From Hyphomonadaceae bacterium (lineage in GTDB: Bacteria > Pseudomonadota > Alphaproteobacteria > Caulobacterales > Aquidulcibacteraceae): a DNA stretch of 64,000 nucleotides. Position 1 is the first letter of the stretch. Each line of letters begins with the position of its first letter. The notes under the pieces were generated by a model. The model saw only the letters and a list, made by a program, of their open reading frames with translations. It searched no databases and was not told where the DNA came from. The stretch spans positions 736-64,735 of the forward strand of contig JBFWWB010000001.1 of NCBI GenBank assembly GCA_050246435.1, in the 5' to 3' direction. Positions 44,988 through 57,444 of the stretch are shown one piece after another. Made by a program: the position numbers and the translations under genes.

Positions 44988-46551
44988 AAATCGCCGCCGG
45001 GACCTGTGGTCGTCCCGGATTGCACGTCTCATTTTCGCTTGGAATTTCGTCGGGTTCGCGGTGCTCACCGTGGGCGCGCTGCTGCTGACGGAACTGCGCG
45101 AGCAGCTGATCCGCGCAAAGATCGACGCGCTGCAATCGGAAGGCCAGCTGATCGCCAGCGTGCTGGCCGACACCTCCACCGTCGGCGAGCCCGCGCCGGC
45201 GCTGATGGAGGCGCGCGCAGCCGCAGTGCTGCAACGGCTGACCCTGCCCCCCGCGACGCGCCTGCGCCTGTTCACGCCGGCCGGCCGGCTGGTCGCGGAT
45301 TCCAATGTCATCAACGATCGCATTGTCGAGCGCCGCTTGCCGGAAGCGCCGAGGCCGCCGAACGAGGCGAACGATCGCGCGGCGATGCAAATCCCCCCGC
45401 TTTCCGACTGGCGCCCGGAGCACACGCTGGCGCAGGAGCGCGGGCTCGCCGCACGCGGAACGCCCGCCAACGGCCAGCGGCTTAACGATCTGGGCGAGCG
45501 CGTCGTCAGCGTGTCGCTGCCGGTGCAGCATGTGCAGGCGGTAGTCGGCGTCATCACGCTGGAATCCAGCGACGTGGAGGATATCCTGCGCGCGCAGCGC
45601 CGTTCGATGATGCCGTTCATCGTCGGCGCAGGCGCGATTTCGCTGCTGTTTTCCGCGCTGCTGGCGCTGGTGATCGCCAAGCCGCTGCGGGCGCTGGCGA
45701 TCGCTGCCGACGAAGTGCGCGAAAGCGGCGCGACGCGGCTGGTGCTGCCGGAGGAATCCCGGCGCAAGGACGAGATCGGCGATCTTGCGCAGGCGCTGGA
45801 GCGGATGACCGGCGCCCTCGCCGATCGGATCGACACGAACGAGCGCTTCGCCGCCGACGTCGCACACGAACTGAAGAATCCGCTCACCTCGATCCGCAGC
45901 GCCGTGGAGACCGCGAGTGCGATCCGCGACGAGGAGCAACGCGGGCGCCTCATGGGCATCATTCGTGCAGACGTGACGCGGATGGACCGTCTGATCACGG
46001 ATATCTCCCGCGCGTCCCGTCTTGAGGCGGAAATCGCACGCGGCGCGCAGGAGCTCGTCGACGTCGGCAAGCTGTTGGCGGATTTGGCGGAGACCTACGC
46101 CGCCACCACCAAGCCGGGCGAGGCCACCGTGGTGTTCGCGGGACCGCCGCCGCCCGCCGCGCTAGTGCGCGGCCAGTCCGGCCCGCTGGGCCAAGTGTTC
46201 CGCAATCTGATCGACAATGCGTGTTCGTTCAGCCCGCCCGGCGGCGCGGTCACCGTCGCACTCAAACTGCTGGTGCGGAAGGACGGGCGCTGGCTGCAGG
46301 CCACGGTCGAGGATCAGGGCCCCGGCATTCCCAGCGACAATCTGGATTCGGTCTTCAAGCGCTTCTATACCGACAGACCGAAAGGCGCGGCGTTCGGTCG
46401 CAATTCGGGTCTGGGCTTATCCATCGCACGACAAATTGTAGAGGGTCACCAAGGTCGCATTTGGGCCGAAAACATCGGCCAGAATCTCAAGGGGCCCAAC
46501 GGGGCTCGCCTGGTGGTGGAACTGCCGGCGGCCCGGGAGATCGGCCGGTGA
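44938..46551 (+). CDS. chvG: sensor histidine kinase ChvG
   Basis: TM-periplasmic-TM-HAMP architecture, H-box [17 protein letters not shown]-box [11 protein letters not shown], and G-boxes DQGPGIP and GLGLSI. The start is uncertain; the first in-frame ATG, at 44938, overlaps chvI by 50 nt. Confidence 0.85.
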   Translation: MRSRRSTGSVIATTKRENRRRDLWSSRIARLIFAWNFVGFAVLTVGALLLTELREQLIRAKIDALQSEGQLIASVLADTSTVGEPAPALMEARAAAVLQRLTLPPATRLRLFTPAGRLVADSNVINDRIVERRLPEAPRPPNEANDRAAMQIPPLSDWRPEHTLAQERGLAARGTPANGQRLNDLGERVVSVSLPVQHVQAVVGVITLESSDVEDILRAQRRSMMPFIVGAGAISLLFSALLALVIAKPLRALAIAADEVRESGATRLVLPEESRRKDEIGDLAQALERMTGALADRIDTNERFAADVAHELKNPLTSIRSAVETASAIRDEEQRGRLMGIIRADVTRMDRLITDISRASRLEAEIARGAQELVDVGKLLADLAETYAATTKPGEATVVFAGPPPPAALVRGQSGPLGQVFRNLIDNACSFSPPGGAVTVALKLLVRKDGRWLQATVEDQGPGIPSDNLDSVFKRFYTDRPKGAAFGRNSGLGLSIARQIVEGHQGRIWAENIGQNLKGPNGARLVVELPAAREIGR

Positions 46552-46654
46552 CATACGCCGTCCTTCGCAAGCGCATTTACTTTTCCGGCAGCCCCGGACA
46601 GCTATGCTCCCGCACGGCCGCACACGGACACGCGGGGATGGCGGAGCGCGAGCG

Positions 46655-47059
46655 ATGATCGGCGTGGTGATCGTGACCCACGGGCAGCTTGCCGAAGCGT
46701 TCGTGGCAGCGGCGGAGCATGTGCTGGGCCCCCAACGCCAGATGGCCGCGGTGGACATCGGCCCCGACGACGACATGGGCGACCGCCGGCGCGACATCAT
46801 CGATGTCGTGCGCAGCGTCGACACCGGCGACGGCGTCATCATCCTCACCGACATGTTCGGCGGCACGCCTTCCAACCTGGCGATCTCGATCATCAACGAA
46901 ACCCGCGCTGAAGTGATCGCCGGCGTGAACCTGCCGATGTTGATCAAGCTCGCGGTAGAGCGCGAACGCGCGCCGCTTGCGAAAGCCGCGGCCTTGGCTC
47001 AAGAGGCGGGGCGCCACTATATCCGCTTGGCGTCGGCGGAACTCGCCGCACAGAATTAG
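46655..47059 (+). CDS. PTS EIIA component, mannose/fructose family (PtsM-like)
   Basis: MIGVVIVTHGQLAEAF (phospho-His loop) and ILTDMFGGTPSNLA. 134 aa. Confidence 0.85.
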   Translation: MIGVVIVTHGQLAEAFVAAAEHVLGPQRQMAAVDIGPDDDMGDRRRDIIDVVRSVDTGDGVIILTDMFGGTPSNLAISIINETRAEVIAGVNLPMLIKLAVERERAPLAKAAALAQEAGRHYIRLASAELAAQN

Positions 47060-47076
47060 CGATCACGGGTACAGCT

Positions 47077-47376
47077 TTGGACGAGTCCGATGGCGTCGGC
47101 GCCTCTGTCGTGCGCCGTACACTGGAAATCGTGAATCCGCGCGGCCTGCATGCGCGCGCCTCGCGCAAGCTCGCCGAGCTGGCGCTGCGCTACGATGCGC
47201 AAATCCTGGTGCGCCGCGAGGACGGCGAAGCCGACGCCACCTCGCTCATGGATCTCATGATGCTGGGCGCGGGCCTGGGTTCGGAGATCGAGGTTTCGGC
47301 GCAAGGCCCCGACCGCGAGGCCGCCGTCGAGGCGATCGCCGTGCTGGTGGCCGACGGGTTCGGCGAGCGCGACTAG
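47077..47376 (+). CDS. HPr/NPr family phosphocarrier protein
   Basis: IVNPRGLHARASRKL (His15 loop) and ADATSLMDLMMLG (Ser46-equivalent present). The start is TTG 47077 or GTG 47110. Confidence 0.85.
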   Translation: MDESDGVGASVVRRTLEIVNPRGLHARASRKLAELALRYDAQILVRREDGEADATSLMDLMMLGAGLGSEIEVSAQGPDREAAVEAIAVLVADGFGERD

Positions 47377-47405
47377 AAAAACACAAAACCCTGGGGGAGA
47401 AACGC

Positions 47406-47702
47406 ATGCAATTGGACCTTCTCGAAGGCCTGGGCGCCGTAGCCGGCGCGCTCGGCTCGCTGGCGGCGACGCCGCAAATGATCAAGATCCTCAAGACCCG
47501 TCATGCCGGCGACGTTTCCGCGCTGACTTTCGGGCTGACCACCGCCGGGGCCACGCTGTGGCTAATCTACGGCATCGGGCGCGAAGCCCCCTCGCTCGCG
47601 GTGTCGAGCGCAGTGGCGCTGCTGATCAACGGGGCGGTGCTCTGGCTCAAGATGTTCGGCGCACCCCGGCCCGCAGCGCATACCGGCGACGCCGCTTCCT
47701 AG
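47406..47702 (+). CDS. SemiSWEET (PQ-loop) family transporter
   Basis: 98 aa with three helices and the PQ motif ATPQMIKILKTRHAGDVS. Confidence 0.7.
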   Translation: MQLDLLEGLGAVAGALGSLAATPQMIKILKTRHAGDVSALTFGLTTAGATLWLIYGIGREAPSLAVSSAVALLINGAVLWLKMFGAPRPAAHTGDAAS

Positions 47703-47708
47703 GCGCAA

Positions 47709-47758
47709 GGCTCAGTAACGCATATAAAGACATGTTTATGTGTTTATTGCCCTGAGCC
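47709..47758. promoter_or_regulatory. inverted repeat enclosing an AT-rich core in the ahcY upstream region
   Basis: GGCTCAG (47709-47715) and CTGAGCC (47752-47758) flank 36 nt of AT-rich sequence. That core contains the near-palindrome ATAAAGACATGTTTAT. The element lies 51-100 nt upstream of the ahcY ATG. Confidence 0.3.
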
Positions 47759-47808
47759 CGCGGGCTTGCTAGAGGAGCGGTTCGCCCCGCCTCGAACTGG
47801 AGCCCCGC

Positions 47809-49209
<1,401 letters not shown>

Positions 49210-49268
49210 AACGCGGCGCTTCCGCCCCAGCCGGGAGCCGCTATAGAAGCGCGTGAGGATACGCCCAC

Positions 49269-49994
49269 GTGCAAATCTCAGCGGCCAGGACGATCTCGGC
49301 TTTCACGGCCCGCGCCCTGTTCCTGGGCTTTCTGTTCGTCCTCGTCGTGGCGCTGCAGCTCGCCTCGGTCGCGGCGCTGCGCGGGCTGGGTCTCGGCGGC
49401 TCCGTCGCGCTGCTTATTTCCGGCGCGATCATCCTGGCGGTGATGATCGGCGCTTCGATGGCGGCGCAAGCGCTGGCGCGGCGCGCCCGGGCGCGCACGG
49501 AAGCCGCGCGCGCGGCGATGGGGCTGCCCGACGGCGCGTGCTGTTTTGTGTGGCGGCGCCATGCGGCGGAAGCGGAATTCCCCTGGGAATTGGAAGGCGA
49601 TGTGCGCGCTGCCTACCCGCCGCTGGCGCGCAAGCTGGGCGTCGAGGGCTACGCGCTGATTGATTTCGAGGTCGGCGCTGATGGCGCGGCGAAAAATCTC
49701 CACTGCATCGACGTGTGGCCTGCCCAGGCGTTCTATGCGGCGGCAGCGGAAGCGCTGACGGCGGCGCGGTTTCGCCTGCGCCCCGGCGCCGGCGTGCGGT
49801 TCGGACCGAGCTACCGCATCCCGTTCGTGTTCCGCATCCGCGGGGCCGCGCGCGTGCGCGACCGCGGGCGCTCCGCGTTCAGCCCCATCGGCTACGCGCT
49901 GCGGCGCGGGGCTGCGCGCCTCGGCCGCGCGATCGCCGCCGGCGCGCATGCGACGCGCCTGTGGGCGACCCGGAAAATTTCGCGCTCCCTCTGA
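49269..49994 (+). CDS. membrane protein with TonB-like C-terminal domain
   Basis: N-terminal helices, then YPPLARKLGVEGYALIDFEVGADGAAKNLHCID...AEALTAARFRL, which resembles the TonB_C fold motif. GTG start. Confidence 0.5.
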   Translation: MQISAARTISAFTARALFLGFLFVLVVALQLASVAALRGLGLGGSVALLISGAIILAVMIGASMAAQALARRARARTEAARAAMGLPDGACCFVWRRHAAEAEFPWELEGDVRAAYPPLARKLGVEGYALIDFEVGADGAAKNLHCIDVWPAQAFYAAAAEALTAARFRLRPGAGVRFGPSYRIPFVFRIRGAARVRDRGRSAFSPIGYALRRGAARLGRAIAAGAHATRLWATRKISRSL

Positions 49995-50125
49995 AAAACG
50001 CCATTCGCGTTTACGGAATTTCAAGCCGGCTTAGGCATTCGTTAACCGCGCCTAGGCTGCGCGACGCATATCTTTCGCAGCCGCCTTGGGCGAAGATTCG
50101 CCGACGCAGATGATTCGGGGTTCCC

Positions 50126-52570
50126 TTGGACGGCGGCAGCGCAGCACTTCTGGTTTCAGCAAGCACGGCGGCGACCGCGATCGCGTCGCTCCTGTGGGCG
50201 CTGCGCGTGACCGACGGCGCGCGCGGCGCGATGAAGAAATGGCGCGAGCGCGCCGCCGAGCTGGAAGAACGCATCACCGTTTCGGACTCCGTGTTCAGCG
50301 CGCATCCAGGCCTGGTGCTGATCTGGGATGAGAACGGCGCCGCCGCGGAGGAACGCGATTGGGGCAAGCCACGCCTGTTCGGCTCGCCGCTGGCGCTCGG
50401 CTCGCTGCTGCGTTTTTCCGACGCCGCGCCCGATGCGGCCAATCCGGCGATCCAGATACTGCAAGGACTTTCCGCATTCGAAGGCCGCGACGCTTCCGGG
50501 ACCGCCGCGCGGCTGGCGCCGGCGTTGGCGCGTCTGCGCCGCGAAGGCGCTTCCTTCTCGATCACGATTTCGACGCCCACCGGCATGTTCGTGGAGATCG
50601 ACGGGCGCACAGCCGGCCCGCGCGCCGTCGTCTGGATCATCGATGCAAGCGTGAAGGGCGTCGCTGAAAGCGGCGCCGCGGGCCGCATCGACGGCGTCAA
50701 CAAATTGATCGCGGGCGATCCCGCGGCGTTCCTCGAAATGCTGCATCAAGCGCCGTTTCCGGCGTGGCGCATGTCGGGAGGTAAGCTGGATTGGGCGAAC
50801 GGCGCCTATCTCGCCGCGCTGGAAGCCAAAACCCTGGATCAGGCCGTCACGCGCAATCTGCTGCTCGATCAGGCCGCCGGCGATCAAGCCAAGCGCGCTA
50901 TCGAACAAGGCGGCGCCGTCGAAGAGACGCGCCATGTTGTGATCGGCGGCGAACGCCGCGCGATGCGCGTGACGATGTTCCCGCTGGCCGGCGGCGTCGG
51001 CGGCATGGCGTTCGACGAAACCGATCTCGAACGTGCGCGCGAGGCGCTGGCTTCGCATGTGCGCGCGCACGATCAAACGCTCGACCATCTGGCCGAAGGC
51101 GTCGCCATCTTCGGCGCCGACAAGAAGCTCATCTTCCACAATCGCGCATTCGCGCAGATGTGGGGCCTCGACCCCGCATTCCTGGCGGAACGCCCGACGC
51201 ACGCCGCCCTGCTCGATCATCTGAAGGAACGGCGCAAGCTGCCGGCGCATTCCAACTACGCCGAATGGCGCGCGGGCGAGCTGGCGCTGTATCAGGAAAT
51301 CGCGGATCTGCCGGAAGCGCTGTGGGTGCTGCCGGAAGGGCGCACCTTGCGCGTGGCGCGCCAGCGCCATCCCCTCGGCGGGCTGCTGTTGATCTTCTCC
51401 GACCGCACTGATGAAATTACGCTGAAGAGCCAGTATGCGGCGCTGCTGCAGGTACAGCGCGCGGCGCTCGACCGGCTGCACGAAGGCGTCGCTGTGTTCG
51501 GGCTTGACGGCCGGCTCAAGCTTTCCAACGCGGCGTTCGCCGATATGTGGAAACTCGGCGCGGAAACCGCCGAAGGCGAGATTGGCTTCGACCGCCTGGT
51601 CGAGCTGTGCGCGCCGCTGTTCCACGACCGTGCGGCCTGGATGCAGATCAAGGCGCGGATCACCGATCCAAGCCCCGCGGCGCGCCAAGAATTCCGCGGC
51701 GAGATGAGCCGCTCGGACGGCGTGCTGCTGAGCTTCCTCACCCGCCCGCTGCCGGACGGCGCCACCTTGGTCGCGTTCCTCGACGTCACCGCCACGCGCA
51801 ATGTGGAGCAGGCGCTGCGCGACCGCGCAGAGGCGTTCCAGGCGGCCGACCGGCTGAAGACGGAATTCGTGCAGAACGTTTCGTATCAGCTGCGCACGCC
51901 GCTGCAATCCATCCAAGGCTACGCCGAGGTGCTGGCGCAGGGCTATTCCGGGCCGCTGAACCAGCGCCAGCGCGAGCACGTCGGCGTGGTGCTGACGGCG
52001 GCGGAACGGCTCTCGCAGTTGATCGACAATATCCTCGACATCGCGATGATCGAAGCGGGCCGCATGGAGCTGGACCGCGCGGATGTCGACATCTACGAGG
52101 CGCTGCGCGAAACGGCCGACATGGCGGCAAGCACATTGCAAGACAGCGAAGTGATCCTGCGCGTGGAATGCGACCGCGACATCGGCGCGCTGCACGCGGA
52201 CGGCGCGCGAATCAAGCAGATCCTGTTCAATCTCGTTTCCAACGCGCTACGCTTCACGCCTGCGGGCGGCGAGATCGTGCTCGGCGCGGCGCGCGCCGCC
52301 GGAGAGGTGCGCATCTGGGTGTCCGATACGGGCGCCGGCATCCCCTACGAAGCGCAAGCGAGCGCGTTCGATCATTTCATCTCGGGCGACGGCCGCGGCG
52401 CCGGCCTCGGCCTCGCGCTCGTGCGCTCGTTTGTGCAGCTGCATGACGGCTGGGTGAGTCTCGAATCCAAGCCTGGCGAAGGCGCCACCGTGATCTGCCG
52501 CTTCCCGGCGGCGGAACGGATGCGCGCGCTGCCCGAAGCCGCCAACGTCGCCGAGGCGCCGGCGGCGTGA
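50126..52570 (+). CDS. divL: DivL-type multi-PAS pseudo-histidine kinase (Tyr replaces the phospho-accepting His)
   Basis: Several PAS-like repeats (LAEGVAIFGADKKLIFHNRAFAQMWGL, LHEGVAVFGLDGRLKLSNAAFADMWKL). The H-box reads FVQNVSYQLRTPL, with the Tyr codon TAT at 51884-51886. N, G1 and G2 boxes are intact. The TTG start is uncertain. Confidence 0.8.
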   Translation: MDGGSAALLVSASTAATAIASLLWALRVTDGARGAMKKWRERAAELEERITVSDSVFSAHPGLVLIWDENGAAAEERDWGKPRLFGSPLALGSLLRFSDAAPDAANPAIQILQGLSAFEGRDASGTAARLAPALARLRREGASFSITISTPTGMFVEIDGRTAGPRAVVWIIDASVKGVAESGAAGRIDGVNKLIAGDPAAFLEMLHQAPFPAWRMSGGKLDWANGAYLAALEAKTLDQAVTRNLLLDQAAGDQAKRAIEQGGAVEETRHVVIGGERRAMRVTMFPLAGGVGGMAFDETDLERAREALASHVRAHDQTLDHLAEGVAIFGADKKLIFHNRAFAQMWGLDPAFLAERPTHAALLDHLKERRKLPAHSNYAEWRAGELALYQEIADLPEALWVLPEGRTLRVARQRHPLGGLLLIFSDRTDEITLKSQYAALLQVQRAALDRLHEGVAVFGLDGRLKLSNAAFADMWKLGAETAEGEIGFDRLVELCAPLFHDRAAWMQIKARITDPSPAARQEFRGEMSRSDGVLLSFLTRPLPDGATLVAFLDVTATRNVEQALRDRAEAFQAADRLKTEFVQNVSYQLRTPLQSIQGYAEVLAQGYSGPLNQRQREHVGVVLTAAERLSQLIDNILDIAMIEAGRMELDRADVDIYEALRETADMAASTLQDSEVILRVECDRDIGALHADGARIKQILFNLVSNALRFTPAGGEIVLGAARAAGEVRIWVSDTGAGIPYEAQASAFDHFISGDGRGAGLGLALVRSFVQLHDGWVSLESKPGEGATVICRFPAAERMRALPEAANVAEAPAA

Positions 52571-52669
52571 ACACCGCACCATACGCGCGGGCCGACCTGA
52601 CTTAGCGAAGCATCTGGCGCGATCGCTGCGTTGCGACTAAAGAGCCGGCGCAACGCAAGGGATCGCGGC

Positions 52670-54753
<2,084 letters not shown>

Positions 54754-54778
54754 TCAAGATCGCCGCCCGCCTGGGGCG

Positions 54779-55231
54779 CTAGCGGCAGTCTTCGTCGCTC
54801 TCGCGGGTGCGCGCGGTGATGTTCACGCGGATATCGGTGCCGACCAGATCGGTGGAGAAGGAGGCGGTGAACTGGTGCGGCTTGGCGCGCACCCCGCCCT
54901 TCCAGTCATAAACGCCGCGCGCGTTGATACGGCGGGTGACGCGATCGACCTCGCAGCTGTCCAGCACGGCTTCGTGCTCCTTGCTGAACATGAAGCAGCT
55001 TTCGACGGTATGCCGGCCGTAATTGTAAAGCGCGGCGCGGGCGGCCTCGCGCTCCCCGTCGGTGCAGGCGCGGGCGTCCGCCTCTTCGGGTTTCGCCGAG
55101 GCGACGGCGGCCGCCGGCTTCTCCGCCGCCCCCTTCTGAAGAAAGGGCAATCCGGCGGACACGACGCCCAGCCCGGCCGCGGCCACACCGCAGACGGCCA
55201 GAAAAGCATTCAGCTTGGGCCCAGTGTTCAT
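54779..55231 (-). CDS. hypothetical membrane-anchored or secreted protein
   Basis: An N-terminal hydrophobic anchor (LNAFLAVCGVAAAGLGVV) is followed by a Cys-containing soluble domain. No family recognised. Confidence 0.45.
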   Translation of the reverse strand: MNTGPKLNAFLAVCGVAAAGLGVVSAGLPFLQKGAAEKPAAAVASAKPEEADARACTDGEREAARAALYNYGRHTVESCFMFSKEHEAVLDSCEVDRVTRRINARGVYDWKGGVRAKPHQFTASFSTDLVGTDIRVNITARTRESDEDCR

Positions 55232-55322
55232 GGGCGGTCCCGATCGCAATCCTGCAGCCGGCGCGCCGAATGCGCGCCGCGGCTACATCCATGCCGCCTG
55301 CGGCGGAATTGCGGAAGAGGGT

Positions 55323-55697
55323 TCAGCCGACGGCGGCAAGGGGCGCATGCGCGCCTGGCGCCAGGCCCTGCATGACCGAGCGGTTGACCTCGATCAGGGG
55401 TTCAATGTCCGACCCGTCGCGCATCACGGCGCTGGTGTGGCGCGACACCCAGAGCGACAGCGAGATAATCTGCGCGCGCAACGGCTTGGGCAGCGTGTTT
55501 TCCGGATCGGCGCAATCCTGCGCCAGGAGCGACCAGAGCCGGCGGTTCTGATGCAGCGCCTCGGCCAGGCCGCTGATGTTCTTCCGGCTCTCGCTGGCGC
55601 GAATTAAACCCGAGGTAATAAGTGCGAACAGCCGGTATTCGGCCTCGCGCGGCGTCTCACCCTGCGCACTCGCGCGCTGATACGCTTGGATCGACAT
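55323..55697 (-). CDS. flaF: flagellar biosynthesis regulator FlaF
   Basis: MSIQAYQRASAQGETPREAEYRLFALIT and RAQIISLSLWVSRHTSAVMRDG closely match the Caulobacter/Rhizobiales FlaF I remember. Confidence 0.85.
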   Translation of the reverse strand: MSIQAYQRASAQGETPREAEYRLFALITSGLIRASESRKNISGLAEALHQNRRLWSLLAQDCADPENTLPKPLRAQIISLSLWVSRHTSAVMRDGSDIEPLIEVNRSVMQGLAPGAHAPLAAVG

Positions 55698-56091
55698 GCC
55701 CGCCTACGCCCAACAACTCGTCTTCGTAGGCGATTATTTTCCTGCAACGCATCAACGCCCGGTAAAAATCCCCCGCCATAACGTCGCGGGACACCGAAAC
55801 GCACTCCGCAAGCACCTCCGGATTGCGGACGGCGCCCATGAATTCCGCAAGGCGGCGGGCGAATTCGCCGAACACGTCTTCGTTTTCGGTCTGGTCGAGG
55901 TACATGAGCATGACGGGGAAATACATGCGCCGCGCCGGCGTAGTCGCCAACTCAGGCTGCATGATGTCCTTCTCGCGCAGGACGGACGCCTTGTTCTGCA
56001 AGATCAGTGCGCTGCGACGATCGCCGTTCTGGACGACCGCGCCATTGACGACGAAGCGCTCGCCGGGGCGCAGGGAAAGTTTCAGCGGCAT
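55657..56091 (-). CDS. flbT: flagellar biosynthesis repressor FlbT
   Basis: MPLKLSLRPGERFVVNGAVVQNGDRRSALILQNKASVLREKDIMQP is near-identical to the FlbT consensus. Its 3-prime end overlaps the flaF start by 41 nt. Confidence 0.85.
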   Translation of the reverse strand: MPLKLSLRPGERFVVNGAVVQNGDRRSALILQNKASVLREKDIMQPELATTPARRMYFPVMLMYLDQTENEDVFGEFARRLAEFMGAVRNPEVLAECVSVSRDVMAGDFYRALMRCRKIIAYEDELLGVGGHVDPSVSARECAG

Positions 56092-56255
56092 TGGGCGAAA
56101 GAGCCCCCCAGGGCCGCTTCTTGCAGCCCGACGCGCGAAGCGTCGGCGATTCGCGGTTTTCCGTAAAGAAAGCGCCCCCGGCGGCCTTGTGGGCAAGCCT
56201 TGCCAAGGCCGGTTTCCGCTTTACCGTAACGCCGGCAACGCCAGCGGGGACGCCT

Positions 56256-57107
56256 ATGCGGTTCGAGGGGACGAAGGATTATGTCGCGACCGACGATCTG
56301 AAGGTCGCCGTCAACGCCGCGATCGCACTGGAGCGGCCGCTGCTGGTGAAGGGTGAACCTGGCACCGGGAAGACTGTGCTGGCGCTGGAAGTGGCCAAGG
56401 CGCTCGGCGCGCCGCTGATCGAATGGCACATCAAATCGACCACCAAGGCCGCCCAGGGTCTCTACGAATACGATGCGGTGATGCGCCTGCGCGATAGCCA
56501 GCTGGGCGATCCGCGCGCCGCCGAGATATCCAACTATATCCGCCGCGGCAAGCTGTGGGAGGCGTTCGAGGCGGACGATCGCCCGCTGCTTCTGATCGAC
56601 GAAATCGACAAGGCCGACATCGAATTCCCGAACGACCTCCTGCAGGAGCTCGATCGCATGGAATTCTATGTCTACGAATTGAACCGCACGGTGAAGGCGC
56701 GCCGCCGCCCGCTCGTGATCATCACGTCGAACAATGAGAAGGAGTTGCCGGACGCATTCCTGCGCCGCTGCTTCTTCCACTATATCCGCTTCCCCGACGA
56801 AGAGACCATGAACCAGATCATCGCGGTGCATTTCCCGCAGGTGAAACAGCGCCTGGTGAGTGAGGCGCTGAAGGTTTTCTACGGGATGCGCAAGGCGCCT
56901 GGGCTGAAGAAGAAGCCGTCCACCAGCGAATTGCTCGACTGGCTGAAGCTGCTGATGACAGACGATATCGATCCAGAAATCCTGCGCGGCAAAGATCAGA
57001 GCAAGCTCATCCCGCCGCTGCACGGCGCGCTGCTGAAGAACGAGGCGGACGTGCAGCTGTTCGAACGGCTGGCTTTCCTGGCGCGGCGCGAGCAACGCGG
57101 GCAGTAA
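56256..57107 (+). CDS. MoxR-family AAA+ ATPase
   Basis: LLVKGEPGTGKTVLA Walker A, LLLIDEIDKA Walker B, ITSNNEKELPDAFLRRCF. 283 aa. Start at ATG 56256. Confidence 0.9.
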   Translation: MRFEGTKDYVATDDLKVAVNAAIALERPLLVKGEPGTGKTVLALEVAKALGAPLIEWHIKSTTKAAQGLYEYDAVMRLRDSQLGDPRAAEISNYIRRGKLWEAFEADDRPLLLIDEIDKADIEFPNDLLQELDRMEFYVYELNRTVKARRRPLVIITSNNEKELPDAFLRRCFFHYIRFPDEETMNQIIAVHFPQVKQRLVSEALKVFYGMRKAPGLKKKPSTSELLDWLKLLMTDDIDPEILRGKDQSKLIPPLHGALLKNEADVQLFERLAFLARREQRGQ

Positions 57108-57216
57108 GCGCATCGCGGCGCCGTGTCCGGCGGCGCCGGCGCATCAACCTTCCATTCACCACGTCCTTCAAGCGCATCGAAAGAAATGTGCGGTAAGGTT
57201 ATCGCTACAAATCGGG

Positions 57217-57441
57217 GTGGTGGCGATGTTTCGTTTGGCGGCGCTTGGCGCCTGTCTAGCAGTAACGGCGTGCGCGAGTGCGCCGAAGGCGCGCATGGAT
57301 CTGGCGGACGCGATGGTGGCGTACCGGTTCTGCCTGGGCGCTGAAGGCGGCGTGGAAGCGCGCTGCGAAGCCGAACGCCAGGCCTTCTTCGCTGCCGCCA
57401 CGATGGCGCGCGCGGCAGCCCCTGCTGAAAGCGCCAGTTAG
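57217..57441 (+). CDS. small putative lipoprotein
   Basis: 74 aa with signal and lipobox MFRLAALGACLAVTAC. Helical, with a Cys pair (FCLG..ARCE). Confidence 0.4.
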   Translation: MVAMFRLAALGACLAVTACASAPKARMDLADAMVAYRFCLGAEGGVEARCEAERQAFFAAATMARAAAPAESAS

Positions 57442-57444
57442 GCG

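Noticed and set aside
46552-46654. Degraded hprK remnant between chvG and the EIIA gene
   Set aside because: The gap is only 103 nt, and no frame shows a P-loop or other HprK-like residues. The gene is absent rather than decayed.
47759-47808. SAH riboswitch upstream of ahcY
   Set aside because: Only GAGGAGCG resembles the consensus. I could not find the conserved CAGGCTCGG and ACGGCGCTC segments or a convincing pseudoknot. It needs an Rfam scan to be certain.
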